This document shows, one piece after another, positions 9,205 to 18,561 of a stretch of 64,000 bases of DNA (position 1 is its first letter; each line of letters starts with the position of its first letter). The DNA lies in IMG/VR virus record IMGVR_UViG_3300046777_002520, positions 32,001 to 96,000 of that record; one strand, 5' to 3'. The DNA is from a virus. A program made the translations under genes and the position numbers. The notes under the pieces are model-generated. The model ran no database searches. It was given only the letters and a program-made list of their open reading frames with translations, and was not told the origin of the DNA.

Positions 9205-9864
9205 GTGCCCAAGTACAACATATCCAGCGACCCCTGGGTCTTCAGGGAAGGGCTCAAGCCTTTAGAGGAAAAAGCCAATCTTGTTCTGGGTTTGGACCTG
9301 GGCACAAACTGCGGCTACAGCTACTGCTACGTCCGACACGGCGAACTGCTGGTTCCAGAAAAGCTGGACATACACATAGGCCAGTGGGACCTCTCTGCTG
9401 GCCCGTACGACAGCGGAGCCATTCGTTTTGCCAGGCTTAGGCAGTTTCTCCATGCGTTGCGACCCGACCTCATCGCCTTTGAGGACGTGCGCTACACACC
9501 TTCCGAGAAGCTGACCAAGTTTAATATGCACGCCATTCTCGCCAGGGCGGCTACGTCCTGTGAGTTTTTTGGCGCGCTCAAAGCCACTGTTTGTACCTGG
9601 GCTGAAGAGAACGGTATACCTTGCGGCAGCTTTCCCATCGGAACCATCAAACGCCGAGCTACTGGGAAAGGTAATGCCAACAAGTCTGACATGATCAAGG
9701 CTTGCAACCAGATGTTCCGCACAGAGTTCGATTCAGAGAACTACGAGACTGCTGGATTCGATAACGCTGCGGACAGCGCCTTTGTGTGTCTTTTGGCGCT
9801 GGAGAACTACGCCAAAGGGCTTACGTTTGAAAACGATCCACAGGAAGTGAAAGATGTCGATTGA
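9205..9864 (+). CDS. RuvC-like Holliday junction resolvase
   Basis: GLDLG, AFED, IKRRATGKGNANKSDM, DNAADS. Confidence 0.85.
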   Translation: MPKYNISSDPWVFREGLKPLEEKANLVLGLDLGTNCGYSYCYVRHGELLVPEKLDIHIGQWDLSAGPYDSGAIRFARLRQFLHALRPDLIAFEDVRYTPSEKLTKFNMHAILARAATSCEFFGALKATVCTWAEENGIPCGSFPIGTIKRRATGKGNANKSDMIKACNQMFRTEFDSENYETAGFDNAADSAFVCLLALENYAKGLTFENDPQEVKDVD

Positions 9865-10093
9865 TTCAAGGATGCTTAAATGCTTGTGCAAAGTTTGCGA
9901 CCTTCCAGAAAGCGACCAGTATCTGACAACTTCTTTCGCTGACTTGGGCCTGGACAGTTTGGAGATACTAGAGCTTATCTACGAGATCGAGAAAGAGTTC
10001 GACGTTCGTAACCTGTCCAGCGGTAACATGCTTACCACCAAGGTTTTAAGCTTAGCTGACATCAAAAGACAACTGATTCAACACATCAACTGA
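9854..10093 (+). CDS. acpP: Acyl carrier protein
   Basis: DLGLDSLEILELIYEIEKEFDV phosphopantetheine-attachment helix; 79 aa, acidic. Confidence 0.8.
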   Translation: MSIDSRMLKCLCKVCDLPESDQYLTTSFADLGLDSLEILELIYEIEKEFDVRNLSSGNMLTTKVLSLADIKRQLIQHIN

Positions 10094-10110
10094 CACGAGA
10101 AAGGGTAACA

Positions 10111-10734
10111 ATGATTTATTTCATCGGCCACACCACGTCTACCACCGAGAACGCCAAGGACTATCTGGCTGAGGTCAAAGCCCCCAAGAACTACAAGGAC
10201 CAGGCCAAGATTGACGAGTATGTCGAGAAGGCCGTGGCTGAGCAGTTGGCTACGGCCTCTTCCAAGCCTTTCACTGCCAAGGTGAAAGAAGTCTACGTCA
10301 TGCAGGTTGACGACTCTGGCAATATTGTTGATTCGCGTTGGTGGAACGGTCCCACCGTGATTACCGACTTCATGGCTTTCGCCAACGAGCACTTTAACGG
10401 TAATGCCAAAGTGTTCCTAATGAACAGCAGCGGCTTCATGCGTGTTGCCTGCTTTGAGTCTCTGAAGGTGAAGCCAAACAACTTTGCGCATTTCTGGCTG
10501 TTCCACGACAGCTCTGTGCGCAAGTGCTTCTATGATCTTCCCAAGCTGTTCCTTAACACTCTCGAGGAGCAGTCTAGGATTGGCTTGTTTGGCCTGTTTA
10601 AGTACTATGGCGTCAGCCTGACCATCGATGATTTGGCTAACGTCAAGACGCAGGCTGAAAAGCTGCATGAGCTCTACAAGGCTATTGGGCTGTCTGAAGA
10701 AGTCGTGAACATGTTGGGATACAACGGCGAGTGA
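10111..10734 (+). CDS. Degenerate PolB-related 3'-5' exonuclease-like protein
   Basis: KAPKNYKDQAKIDEY motif typical of phage PolB-exonuclease-like proteins, but ExoI DIET is replaced by GHTT. Confidence 0.45.
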   Translation: MIYFIGHTTSTTENAKDYLAEVKAPKNYKDQAKIDEYVEKAVAEQLATASSKPFTAKVKEVYVMQVDDSGNIVDSRWWNGPTVITDFMAFANEHFNGNAKVFLMNSSGFMRVACFESLKVKPNNFAHFWLFHDSSVRKCFYDLPKLFLNTLEEQSRIGLFGLFKYYGVSLTIDDLANVKTQAEKLHELYKAIGLSEEVVNMLGYNGE

Positions 10735-10737
10735 CGT

Positions 10738-11427
10738 ATGGACGAAAAGCTTCCTGAGCTGGAAGGAGTCTATAAAACCGACTGCTTGTCGGCTCAGGAG
10801 CTTTCTCGTCTTCCAGGCATAGAGCGCGCCAGCGTCTCTATGCGTTTGTCAGACATGTCTTCTGACTTTGTTTTCTTCAACCACGGAATCCTGTTTACTG
10901 AGATCAGACTGGACGCAGACCCCGTTAAGGAGTTTGCGTTGCAGTCTGGTGACAGTGATTCCGTGTTTTTTCTTAGCTATGACAAGCCTCTTTTCCGAAA
11001 CTTTTCTTCCGAGTTCTGGAACAACGTCATATTCGGCTGCAAAAAAGAACTGTGGCCAAAGTTAAAGATGATACTAAACAACATTATTTTTAAAGCTTTA
11101 GATAACAAAGTTTACTCTTGCTTTGTCCAGAGTGTTTACATGCCTGACCCTTATTTGTGGAAAGGCGACATAGAGAACTTGAAGGTGCCTGTATCCGAGT
11201 GGGGTGAGCTGTGTGAAAAAGCTGACAGGGGTATTCACGGCGACGCCAGATACGCCAACGTGCCTTTTCCCTCTTACCCCACAGCAGCCAAGATCCACGT
11301 CATGGGTGTCTCTGGGCCAGACAGGCTGGCTTACATGAAGTCTGGCATCAAACCCTTTATTGTTTATGATGACCCAGAACCAGAAACCTTGGCTTTGCAG
11401 GAGGTTATAAACAAGCATGTACAATAA
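10738..11427 (+). CDS. Hypothetical protein
   Basis: 229-aa ORF within the operon. Confidence 0.65.
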   Translation: MDEKLPELEGVYKTDCLSAQELSRLPGIERASVSMRLSDMSSDFVFFNHGILFTEIRLDADPVKEFALQSGDSDSVFFLSYDKPLFRNFSSEFWNNVIFGCKKELWPKLKMILNNIIFKALDNKVYSCFVQSVYMPDPYLWKGDIENLKVPVSEWGELCEKADRGIHGDARYANVPFPSYPTAAKIHVMGVSGPDRLAYMKSGIKPFIVYDDPEPETLALQEVINKHVQ

Positions 11428-11743
11428 GACTAAGACATTCTCGTCTCAGTTTGTTTTGGAGAGGGCTCAAGGTCAGGACTTCTGGAGCCTTCTGAACAAA
11501 ACGGATGACATCGACAAGCAGGTAAGCGACTGGGTTGATGAAACTCACAGCCGTATAGTCAATGTCTCGGCCCCAGCAATGCACGCTGAATGGCTTGACA
11601 ACACGTATACGCGCAAAGTTATTATCCTGTCTATCGTTGTGATATACATGCCTGTTGAGGATACGGCTGATGGAACCTACCCAGAATACAGAGAACTCGG
11701 AGCAGACTTTACAGCCGATACAGGAGGCGCAACCACCGTATGA
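11417..11743 (+). CDS. Hypothetical protein
   Basis: Coupled to the upstream gene; tail overlaps the next ORF. Confidence 0.55.
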   Translation: MYNKTKTFSSQFVLERAQGQDFWSLLNKTDDIDKQVSDWVDETHSRIVNVSAPAMHAEWLDNTYTRKVIILSIVVIYMPVEDTADGTYPEYRELGADFTADTGGATTV

Positions 11744-12002
11744 CGATTTGTTTCTAGTTCTGATAACTGAATTTGACGCTCCTCAGTTGTTTATTTTCAA
11801 CACACCAGAAGAAGTAGCTGCCTGCATAAGGCAGCACAAAGAGTCTTACAAGAAGTTCAACGCTTACATTTTTGAAGGTAAGCGTTGGAACGTTACCGCT
11901 GGCAGAAGCCCTTACTTGATTTCACAAGAGCGCAATATGCGTATTCCTCTGTTTGAAGAGGACCCACCAGACGAGATAAGCGAGTCAGGTTTGATCAGCT
12001 AA
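11670..12002 (+). CDS. Hypothetical protein
   Basis: ATG 11670 after GAGGA; ends at the promoter/terminator region. Confidence 0.6.
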   Translation: MEPTQNTENSEQTLQPIQEAQPPYDDLFLVLITEFDAPQLFIFNTPEEVAACIRQHKESYKKFNAYIFEGKRWNVTAGRSPYLISQERNMRIPLFEEDPPDEISESGLIS

Positions 12003-12015
12003 ATAACCGGCTCAA

Positions 12016-12029
12016 AACACGTCATAATC
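12016..12029 (+). promoter_or_regulatory. AACACGTCATAATC motif, copy 1 (candidate phage promoter)
   Basis: Identical 14-mer at 63191-63204; contains the -10-like CATAAT; both copies are intergenic. Confidence 0.55.
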
Positions 12030-12030
12030 A

Positions 12031-12067
12031 AATGCCCAGCAGCTATCGCTTCTGGGCATTGTTTTTT
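12031..12067 (+). terminator. Intrinsic terminator
   Basis: AATGCCCAG-C-AGC/GCT-T-CTGGGCATT stem followed by a T6 tract. Confidence 0.7.
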
Positions 12068-12081
12068 AGGAGGAAAACAAT

Positions 12082-12180
12082 ATGACCGAGGAAACAGTAG
12101 AGGGTAGGATCGTAGTCCCCATGTGGGGGCTAGTCCTCTTTCTGGTTATTTTTATGCTAATCCGTAGTTTTGGAGGCTAA
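12082..12180 (+). CDS. Small membrane protein (32 aa)
   Basis: Not in the track. AGGAGG RBS; MTEETVEGRIVVPMWGLVLFLVIFMLIRSFGG. Confidence 0.7.
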   Translation: MTEETVEGRIVVPMWGLVLFLVIFMLIRSFGG

Positions 12181-12182
12181 AC

Positions 12183-13034
12183 ATGAGTTGCCCCAAAGTT
12201 ATGGCCTGGAGCCCCTCGCCCGGCAGGCCGTTTGATAACGGCCTGTTTTCCCTCAACGAGGGGACGATGCTAACCCTCGACCAAACCGGCACGGTTGAGG
12301 GTTATAGGATCACCCACTCCAAACGGAGTGGGCAGCTATGGACGGAGCGCGTTCTGCGCTGTCCGTCCAGCGCGTGGAAAAGGCCTGGCCGCTTGGGCGG
12401 TCGGGCCGAGGACGGGCGTGGAGCTCGTCTTATCGCCCTCATGGGCGAGGTGGGCAGAGAGGGCGGCGGCCTCTGCCCCGTGCCGATGCCGCAGCTTCTG
12501 GCGAGGGTCACGCCAGAAGCTCACTTTGAGTTAGATGACCCAACGGTCCAGAATTTTATTCTGGACCGAGTCAATTTCGGGGTGCCAGCCCCATCCTCCA
12601 AAGCTCCCATTACGGGAGAAATAGAGGAGATCGTAGCCGATCAGCACGATGTGTTGATCGGTTTCAAGGAAGGGCCAGTGATGACCCTTCCCCCGACAGC
12701 CAGGCTTAAGCCTTGGCTGAAGGTGGGCGTAATCGTCCAGGTAGGCACGGTGGTAGCAGACATGCTACCTAAAGTGCGCTACAACTGGGATCAGCTGATG
12801 GCCTCGTCCCAGGCCGAGCGGCTGGTCGAAGACTACCTGGACGGTTTGATGGCCATGGGCCAGGTTCCTCTGGAGATCATTCCAGAAGACTTCAGGATGT
12901 CCCCCAACCACGGCGGCTACGTCCTAGAGGTTTTGGCCGAGGCCAAAGCCAGCCGCCGTCCCGTCCTGACAGCTGGGTTGGACGCCCACACCCCGTACGG
13001 AGTCTTCAGCTTTGGAGATTCTGTTGCTGTCTAA
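12183..13034 (+). CDS. Hypothetical protein, GC-rich, with possible sandwich-barrel hybrid motif
   Basis: 283 aa; GGAGG RBS; APITGEIEEI...LKVGVIVQVGTVVAD segment. Confidence 0.6.
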   Translation: MSCPKVMAWSPSPGRPFDNGLFSLNEGTMLTLDQTGTVEGYRITHSKRSGQLWTERVLRCPSSAWKRPGRLGGRAEDGRGARLIALMGEVGREGGGLCPVPMPQLLARVTPEAHFELDDPTVQNFILDRVNFGVPAPSSKAPITGEIEEIVADQHDVLIGFKEGPVMTLPPTARLKPWLKVGVIVQVGTVVADMLPKVRYNWDQLMASSQAERLVEDYLDGLMAMGQVPLEIIPEDFRMSPNHGGYVLEVLAEAKASRRPVLTAGLDAHTPYGVFSFGDSVAV

Positions 13035-13040
13035 CAGCAG

Positions 13041-13080
13041 ACCCGTAGATAGGCTAACGCCTACTCTGCGGGTTTTTTTT
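13041..13080 (+). terminator. Intrinsic terminator
   Basis: ACCCGTAGA-TAGGC/GCCTA-C-TCTGCGGGT stem followed by a T-tract. Confidence 0.8.
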
Positions 13081-13159
13081 AGCTATCAGAGAAACAGAGG
13101 TTTTCATTTACAGTAAACTGGCTATATTACTTCAGTGTATGCCCTAGAAAGGACTAAAG

Positions 13160-13963
13160 ATGAGCGCTGACTTTGAACACGTCTCGTCGCGGACGCAGCC
13201 AACAACTCTTGCAGACAAGAAAATTTACGAGATAGTAGTAGATCCAGACAGGGCTCACTTGGGTGAGTCGTTTGTGATTGATATGCGTAAGATGGGTTCG
13301 TCGTTAGGTCCGAAGGAGAAAGCTGTGGACGACACTCAGAAGGCAGCTGTTGTCGAGAACTTGCTGCGATTCTCAGCTTCTGGTCCGGTTATGGCCAACA
13401 GCCCTAAGAAGGTTGGTCGCGCTATTCCCAACATTCAGGATGTTGACCACAGTCACCCAGCCAACCCTGTTCCCGCTTCGGTTAACCCACCACAGGTCAA
13501 AGTGTTTTTTGACATGCCTGGTCTTGGGTCTATCTCGTTCAAGTACCACAAAGTCTTAACGCTAAGAGACCAGATCATTTTCGTCACAGACAAGAGATTT
13601 GGTGGATCAGCTGAGTTTTATCCTTATTGCAACATGCGATCAGGCGAGCAGAAGAAACCAGTAGGTGTTTACATTGAGGGTGAGAACAACCTGTACCTGC
13701 TCGATCCGTCGATCAAAGGCTTTCCAATCAAGTTTGATTGCGAGCCGTATGAACTTTGTATAGTTCCGATAGCTGGAGCTAAGTCGTTAGATTCAGCTAT
13801 GATGAAGGAACTTGGTATAGTAAACTCAGCTAAAGGGGAAAGTAGCGATGGAGAAGAGAGCGGTAATACAAGAGGGCCTGACGCCTACGAGCCCAGTCCC
13901 TCAGACGGAAAAGCCGACGACACCTATGAAAGCCTCGAAGGTGGCTTCGGTGGCGTGCTCTAA
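13160..13963 (+). CDS. Hypothetical protein
   Basis: AAGGA RBS; 267 aa; acidic tail overlaps the next ORF. Confidence 0.7.
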   Translation: MSADFEHVSSRTQPTTLADKKIYEIVVDPDRAHLGESFVIDMRKMGSSLGPKEKAVDDTQKAAVVENLLRFSASGPVMANSPKKVGRAIPNIQDVDHSHPANPVPASVNPPQVKVFFDMPGLGSISFKYHKVLTLRDQIIFVTDKRFGGSAEFYPYCNMRSGEQKKPVGVYIEGENNLYLLDPSIKGFPIKFDCEPYELCIVPIAGAKSLDSAMMKELGIVNSAKGESSDGEESGNTRGPDAYEPSPSDGKADDTYESLEGGFGGVL

Positions 13964-14036
13964 TCTTGAATCGCATCTAACTAAGACGCTATCTGACGTA
14001 GTGTCGGTGAAACTATTAAACGCCGAGGCTGAGTAG
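13848..14036 (+). CDS. Small hypothetical protein immediately upstream of the portal
   Basis: AAGGGG RBS; stop lies 1 nt before the portal start. Confidence 0.45.
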   Translation: MEKRAVIQEGLTPTSPVPQTEKPTTPMKASKVASVACSNLESHLTKTLSDVVSVKLLNAEAE

Positions 14037-14037
14037 C

Positions 14038-15963
14038 ATGGCTGCTGGCGATTTGTTTGACAGCACTATTGGTAAGAACTGGTCCCTGAACAGGGGTGAG
14101 GAACCGTTTCCTGACCCCTTCATGGATTACGCGTCTACGGTGATGCCTGAAAACATCCGTGACGCACTACGCTTCTGCGAGTTTACTTTCCACACCAACT
14201 CGATGATTCGGGAAGCTGCCCGTAGGGTCGTCTCTTACTTCATCACGGATATCGAGATACAGGGCGTCAACGGCGATAACCTTGGCGACGACGAGCGGCA
14301 GAAGTACTACACGTTTTTGAACGATATTCTAAAAGTTAAGCACATTCTGCACTCAGTAGGTTTGGACTTTCTCTGCTACGGCAACAGTTTTACCAGCCTG
14401 GTTCTTCCTTTCAGGCGCTACCTCTCCTGCCCCAAATGCTTCTTTGATGTGCCTCTGACTGAGGTCATGCGCAACCCTGTCTTTGGCTTTCAGTGGAAGA
14501 TACCGGAGTTCATAGCCAGGTGCCCCAACCCCAACTGCCACTATAGCGGTAAGTGGAACAGGGTTGACCGCAGGCTGACTGACGAGAATCAAGTCACCAT
14601 CAAGCGCTGGTCTCCCTACGAGATGGAGATCCGTTACGACCTTATCACGGACCACAGGGACTACATCTGGCGCATTCCAGAAGATTACAGGCTGCAGATT
14701 CGCAGAGGCGATCCGCAGGTTCTTCCAGCCGTACCTTGGGAAGTGGTGGAGGCCGTAAATTCAAATGGGTATCTGTTATTCGATAAAGATGTTATTTTCC
14801 ATATGCATGAGCCTACGCTTTCAGGTGTGCGTTCACGCGGTTGGGGCATATCTAGGACTCTGGTGAATTTCAGGCAAGCTTGGTATTGCCAAGTATTGCA
14901 CAGATACAATGAAGCTATCGCGCTGGACTATGTCGTTCCGTTCAGGGTGATCCACCCAGCTCCCAGCGCCTCGTCCAATCCAGAAGCTGGCGATCCGTTG
15001 ATGAACCTGGACATGGGCGGTTTTGCCGCCGAGGTTCGCGGAATGCTGCGCAAGCGCCGCCGTGACCCTGCGGCTTGGAACTTCCTGAGTCATCCGATTC
15101 AGTACCAGATGCTGGGTGGTGAGGCCAACCAGCTAGCCCCTACCGAGCTTCTGCAGCAGGGTATCACCACGCTGCTTAACGGCTTTGGTATGCCTGCCGA
15201 GTTGTACAACGGCACGCTCAGCCTTCAAGCTATGTTGCCCGCCATTCGGTTGTTCCAGTCCAGCTGGACCTACCTGACGCACTTCATGAACGATTTCCTG
15301 ACGTTTGTGGTCAAGAGAACAGCTGACGGCATGGGCTGGGAACCGGCTACAGCCAAGCTGCTGCCGCCAACTTTGACCGACGACATGAACAACATCATGG
15401 CCAAGCTGCAGCTGATGCAGGGCCAGCAGATCAGCCAGACCACGGCTCTGCGTGGTATGGGTCTGGACTTCAAGCAGGAAACCCGTCAGCTCATGGACGA
15501 GGAGCGTTTCAAGCAGGAAGAGCAGGCGAAGATTCAGGAGGAGATGGAAACAGCTGCCGTCATGGACCAGCTCGCCGCCCCTCCGCAACCACCGCCTGGG
15601 GCTGCTCCTGGTGGCGCACCCGCTCCAGGAGGTGCTCCCGCACCCGCAGCTGGAGGCGGTGCCACTCCTCCCAACCAGCCTCCAGCCGGTCCCATGGACG
15701 CGGCGGCTCAGATGGCGTCGCTCACGGCTCCGACCTCGCCCAACCAGAAGATCACGCCGCAGGAGTTGCAGGCCAAGGCCGAGGCCATCGCTTCCCAGCT
15801 GCTCGGTATGCCTGAGTCGCAAAGGCAGTCCGAGATGACCAAGTTGAAGAGCCAGGACCCGACTCTGCACGCTGCCGTCAAGCAAACCATCGAGAACATA
15901 CGTCAGCAGGCGCAGACGGCTGGCGGCAACATGGTGTTACAGCAGCAGTATGGCGGTGGCTGA
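14038..15963 (+). CDS. Probable phage portal protein with zinc-ribbon insert
   Basis: 641 aa. Portal-like order of motifs: helical N-terminus, GNSFTSL, VIFHM, GWGIS, FGMPAEL. CPKC/CPNPNC insert; Pro/Ala-rich C-terminal linker. Confidence 0.55.
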   Translation: MAAGDLFDSTIGKNWSLNRGEEPFPDPFMDYASTVMPENIRDALRFCEFTFHTNSMIREAARRVVSYFITDIEIQGVNGDNLGDDERQKYYTFLNDILKVKHILHSVGLDFLCYGNSFTSLVLPFRRYLSCPKCFFDVPLTEVMRNPVFGFQWKIPEFIARCPNPNCHYSGKWNRVDRRLTDENQVTIKRWSPYEMEIRYDLITDHRDYIWRIPEDYRLQIRRGDPQVLPAVPWEVVEAVNSNGYLLFDKDVIFHMHEPTLSGVRSRGWGISRTLVNFRQAWYCQVLHRYNEAIALDYVVPFRVIHPAPSASSNPEAGDPLMNLDMGGFAAEVRGMLRKRRRDPAAWNFLSHPIQYQMLGGEANQLAPTELLQQGITTLLNGFGMPAELYNGTLSLQAMLPAIRLFQSSWTYLTHFMNDFLTFVVKRTADGMGWEPATAKLLPPTLTDDMNNIMAKLQLMQGQQISQTTALRGMGLDFKQETRQLMDEERFKQEEQAKIQEEMETAAVMDQLAAPPQPPPGAAPGGAPAPGGAPAPAAGGGATPPNQPPAGPMDAAAQMASLTAPTSPNQKITPQELQAKAEAIASQLLGMPESQRQSEMTKLKSQDPTLHAAVKQTIENIRQQAQTAGGNMVLQQQYGGG

Positions 15964-16619
15964 TGCCTTCCGTTCCAGGGTTTATAGCCAGCGTTACTGC
16001 CAAGGCTAAAACAAAGCCCTGGCTGGTCATTGGTAAAGGCCCGTCGTTTGCCAAGCTGGCGTCTCTGGACCTCAGCAAGTACCACTCAATCGCGCTGAAC
16101 CACGCTGTGACTAAAGTGCCTGGCGTTGACTACGTGCATGTGGCTGATCTGGATGTGTTCGACAAGATATCGGATTGTTTGATGTCTTGTACGACAAGTT
16201 TGGTATCACCTTATTTTCTGCACGACAAAAATACTCCAGACCCAGCCTTTTCTGTGGATAAGCTTGCAGAGATAGCAACCAAACCCCACCACGACCTATT
16301 CAAGCATCTCGTAAAAACTAAAAGAATCACAGCATATGTATCCAGCCGCTCCAAGCATCTAGGCCGAAAGCCTGAGCTTGGTCGCTCCATATACGTGCGA
16401 TATTTTTCCAGTGTTGCTGTTGTCAATCTTCTGTGCGCTTGCGGTGTTAAAGACATAACTCTGATAGGCATAGACGGTGGCTCTTCTTACGACAGTCAGT
16501 TCTCTGACTTGACAGCTTTGACCAACGGTCGTAAAAGTTTTGATGTGCAGTTTAAAGAGATAGATAAAACTGTTCGTCGTCAGGGTGTCAGATTAACAAG
16601 GATACGTTGTGATGCTTGA
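15963..16619 (+). CDS. Maf/MptE-like (DUF115-type) putative glycosyltransferase
   Basis: WLVIGKGPSF, IALNHA, CGVKDITLIGIDG. Confidence 0.55.
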   Translation: MPSVPGFIASVTAKAKTKPWLVIGKGPSFAKLASLDLSKYHSIALNHAVTKVPGVDYVHVADLDVFDKISDCLMSCTTSLVSPYFLHDKNTPDPAFSVDKLAEIATKPHHDLFKHLVKTKRITAYVSSRSKHLGRKPELGRSIYVRYFSSVAVVNLLCACGVKDITLIGIDGGSSYDSQFSDLTALTNGRKSFDVQFKEIDKTVRRQGVRLTRIRCDA

Positions 16620-17370
16620 TACGATTAATTTCTACATAGGTACCGAAGAGAAAACCAAGGTTCCTGAAAAGGTCCTAGCTTACTCTATTCGACGTAGAGC
16701 CACTTGCAATGTAAGCATTACCTCAATGATTGGCGAAGGTTGGACTGTTCCTTCAGGGCTGCACCAGGGCACAGGCTTCAGCCTTCGCAGGTTCATGATC
16801 CCTTCCAAGCAGGACTATCAGGGACTTGGCGTTTACCTCGACGCGGACATGCTCGTGTTCAAGGACGTTGCCGAGCTTCTGTCTTACGGCCGTCAGCTGC
16901 TCAGCTCAGACAGGGAAGCAGCTTGCACCTACCAGCCAGACAAGTTCAGTAAGAAACCGTGGCCGCAGTCTTCTGTGATGCTTATAAACTGCGGTGCCTG
17001 CGCTGACTGGCAGCCTGAGCGCTTATGGACAATGCTGCGCAAAGGCCACGACTACACCAAGTTCATGCATCTCGACTGGTTGAGGCAGCCTCCTTTGCAA
17101 CTGCCAACGCACTGGAACAACCTCAATGTTTACAGCCTGGAGACCAGGCTTCTGCATTACACCAAGGAACCAGAACAGCCTTGGTACAAGCCGAATCACC
17201 CGCTTGCATACCTGTGGGAGAGGGAGCTGAAAGAAGCCTTGGTTGACGGAGCCGTCACAAAGGCAGACCTGGAAGAAGCTCTGGCAAGGTGGGGCAAACC
17301 CACTGGCGACAAGCGCATTTCAAACGGACTGCACCCACATTACAAGAAGTATTTGGAGTTTGCGAAATGA
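16609..17370 (+). CDS. GT8-like glycosyltransferase
   Basis: FSLRRF.IP, YLDADMLV, HWNNL, LLHYT...QPW. Confidence 0.75.
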   Translation: MMLDTINFYIGTEEKTKVPEKVLAYSIRRRATCNVSITSMIGEGWTVPSGLHQGTGFSLRRFMIPSKQDYQGLGVYLDADMLVFKDVAELLSYGRQLLSSDREAACTYQPDKFSKKPWPQSSVMLINCGACADWQPERLWTMLRKGHDYTKFMHLDWLRQPPLQLPTHWNNLNVYSLETRLLHYTKEPEQPWYKPNHPLAYLWERELKEALVDGAVTKADLEEALARWGKPTGDKRISNGLHPHYKKYLEFAK

Positions 17371-18164
17371 GTGTAGCTTGGATCACATCGTTCTCAGACG
17401 ACCTGTACCAGGCTACTGGTAAATCTCTGGTAGAGACTTACGAGAGCACAGACTCCTGTGGCAAACTGTTCGTCGCGGGAGAGAGGCTTTCTGGTTTTAA
17501 GTCGTCCAAGCCTGAAGCCGTCGTAATGCTGCCAGACCCTTCTGACAGTCCTGACCTGCACAGCTTTATCAGTAAAAACAAGGACATAATACACAAGGAG
17601 TTTGGAGGAGCCTGGACCGGACCATGCTCATGCCCCAAGCCTGACGATCCAAAAGACAAGCGACACAAGCCAGGCTGCCCAGGCTCTTGGTTCTGCAAGC
17701 ACGCCATCAGATGGTTTAGGAAGTTCCTGGCTATAAGAAGTTTTATGCAGGCCAGCTATCTCGGCTACACTCATGTTATCTGGCTAGATTCAGACGTCAT
17801 CTTCAAGAAAAAAGTCTCCGACTCTGATGCGGCTAGTTGGTTCAATAAAAACGATGTCTTTTTTCTTAAAGGACCAAAGCGCAAAGTCTGGGAAACAGGC
17901 ATTATCGGATTCACAGCCAAGCGTGGTTTGACGCTGGTGCAAAATACCTACGACTCCCTCCAGAACGGCACATTCAGAAAGCTTCCCCGTTGGGACGACG
18001 GCTACATTCTGCAGGTTACTGGAGAATCGATGCCTAATCTTAAAGCTATAGACTTAGCTACTGACGCTAGCGGTCATGCTGATGTTGTTCCTCATAGCCC
18101 TCTTCATCCCTTTTTTGAGCACAACAAGGGAACGCATGGACGCAAGCTGGGGATTATGAAATGA
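17367..18164 (+). CDS. GT-A nucleotide-sugar transferase
   Basis: VIWLDSDV DxD motif, ETGIIGF, WDDGY. Start moved to ATG 17367 (ATGA coupling). Confidence 0.65.
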   Translation: MSVAWITSFSDDLYQATGKSLVETYESTDSCGKLFVAGERLSGFKSSKPEAVVMLPDPSDSPDLHSFISKNKDIIHKEFGGAWTGPCSCPKPDDPKDKRHKPGCPGSWFCKHAIRWFRKFLAIRSFMQASYLGYTHVIWLDSDVIFKKKVSDSDAASWFNKNDVFFLKGPKRKVWETGIIGFTAKRGLTLVQNTYDSLQNGTFRKLPRWDDGYILQVTGESMPNLKAIDLATDASGHADVVPHSPLHPFFEHNKGTHGRKLGIMK

Positions 18165-18376
18165 TAAAAGTTGAATTGACTATCGAATCCGTTGATGACT
18201 TGCAAAAGGTTGTTGATCTTCTATCCAGAGGCATAGACCTAGTACAATCAAGCTACATGGCAGAAGACTGTCAGGCTGACATAGAGCTTATTGAAGACAC
18301 AGGAAGATTGTCTGTCAAACTTTTGTCGGACAGACGGGAGACCTTCAATGCCATCAAAATTAACTGCTGCGGATAG
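18161..18376 (+). CDS. Small hypothetical protein
   Basis: ATGA coupling. Confidence 0.55.
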   Translation: MIKVELTIESVDDLQKVVDLLSRGIDLVQSSYMAEDCQADIELIEDTGRLSVKLLSDRRETFNAIKINCCG

Positions 18377-18560
18377 CGCCTCTTTCTGCACAGCTGTGCA
18401 GCGTTGCGAGTTTAAAGGGTGCAGGAAAAACGGCACTCACCACCTCCGTATAAACGCGTCATTCTCCAGCGAGACGGGAGAAGACTGCCAGGAAGTGGTA
18501 CACAAGTGGTATTGTGACAAACATTTCAATATGCTTGTTCCTTCTCAAGAATCGGTGTGA
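18348..18560 (+). CDS. Small Cys/His protein
   Basis: GGGAG RBS before ATG 18348; CEFKGC...WYCDKH. Confidence 0.5.
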   Translation: MPSKLTAADSASFCTAVQRCEFKGCRKNGTHHLRINASFSSETGEDCQEVVHKWYCDKHFNMLVPSQESV

Positions 18561-18561
18561 C

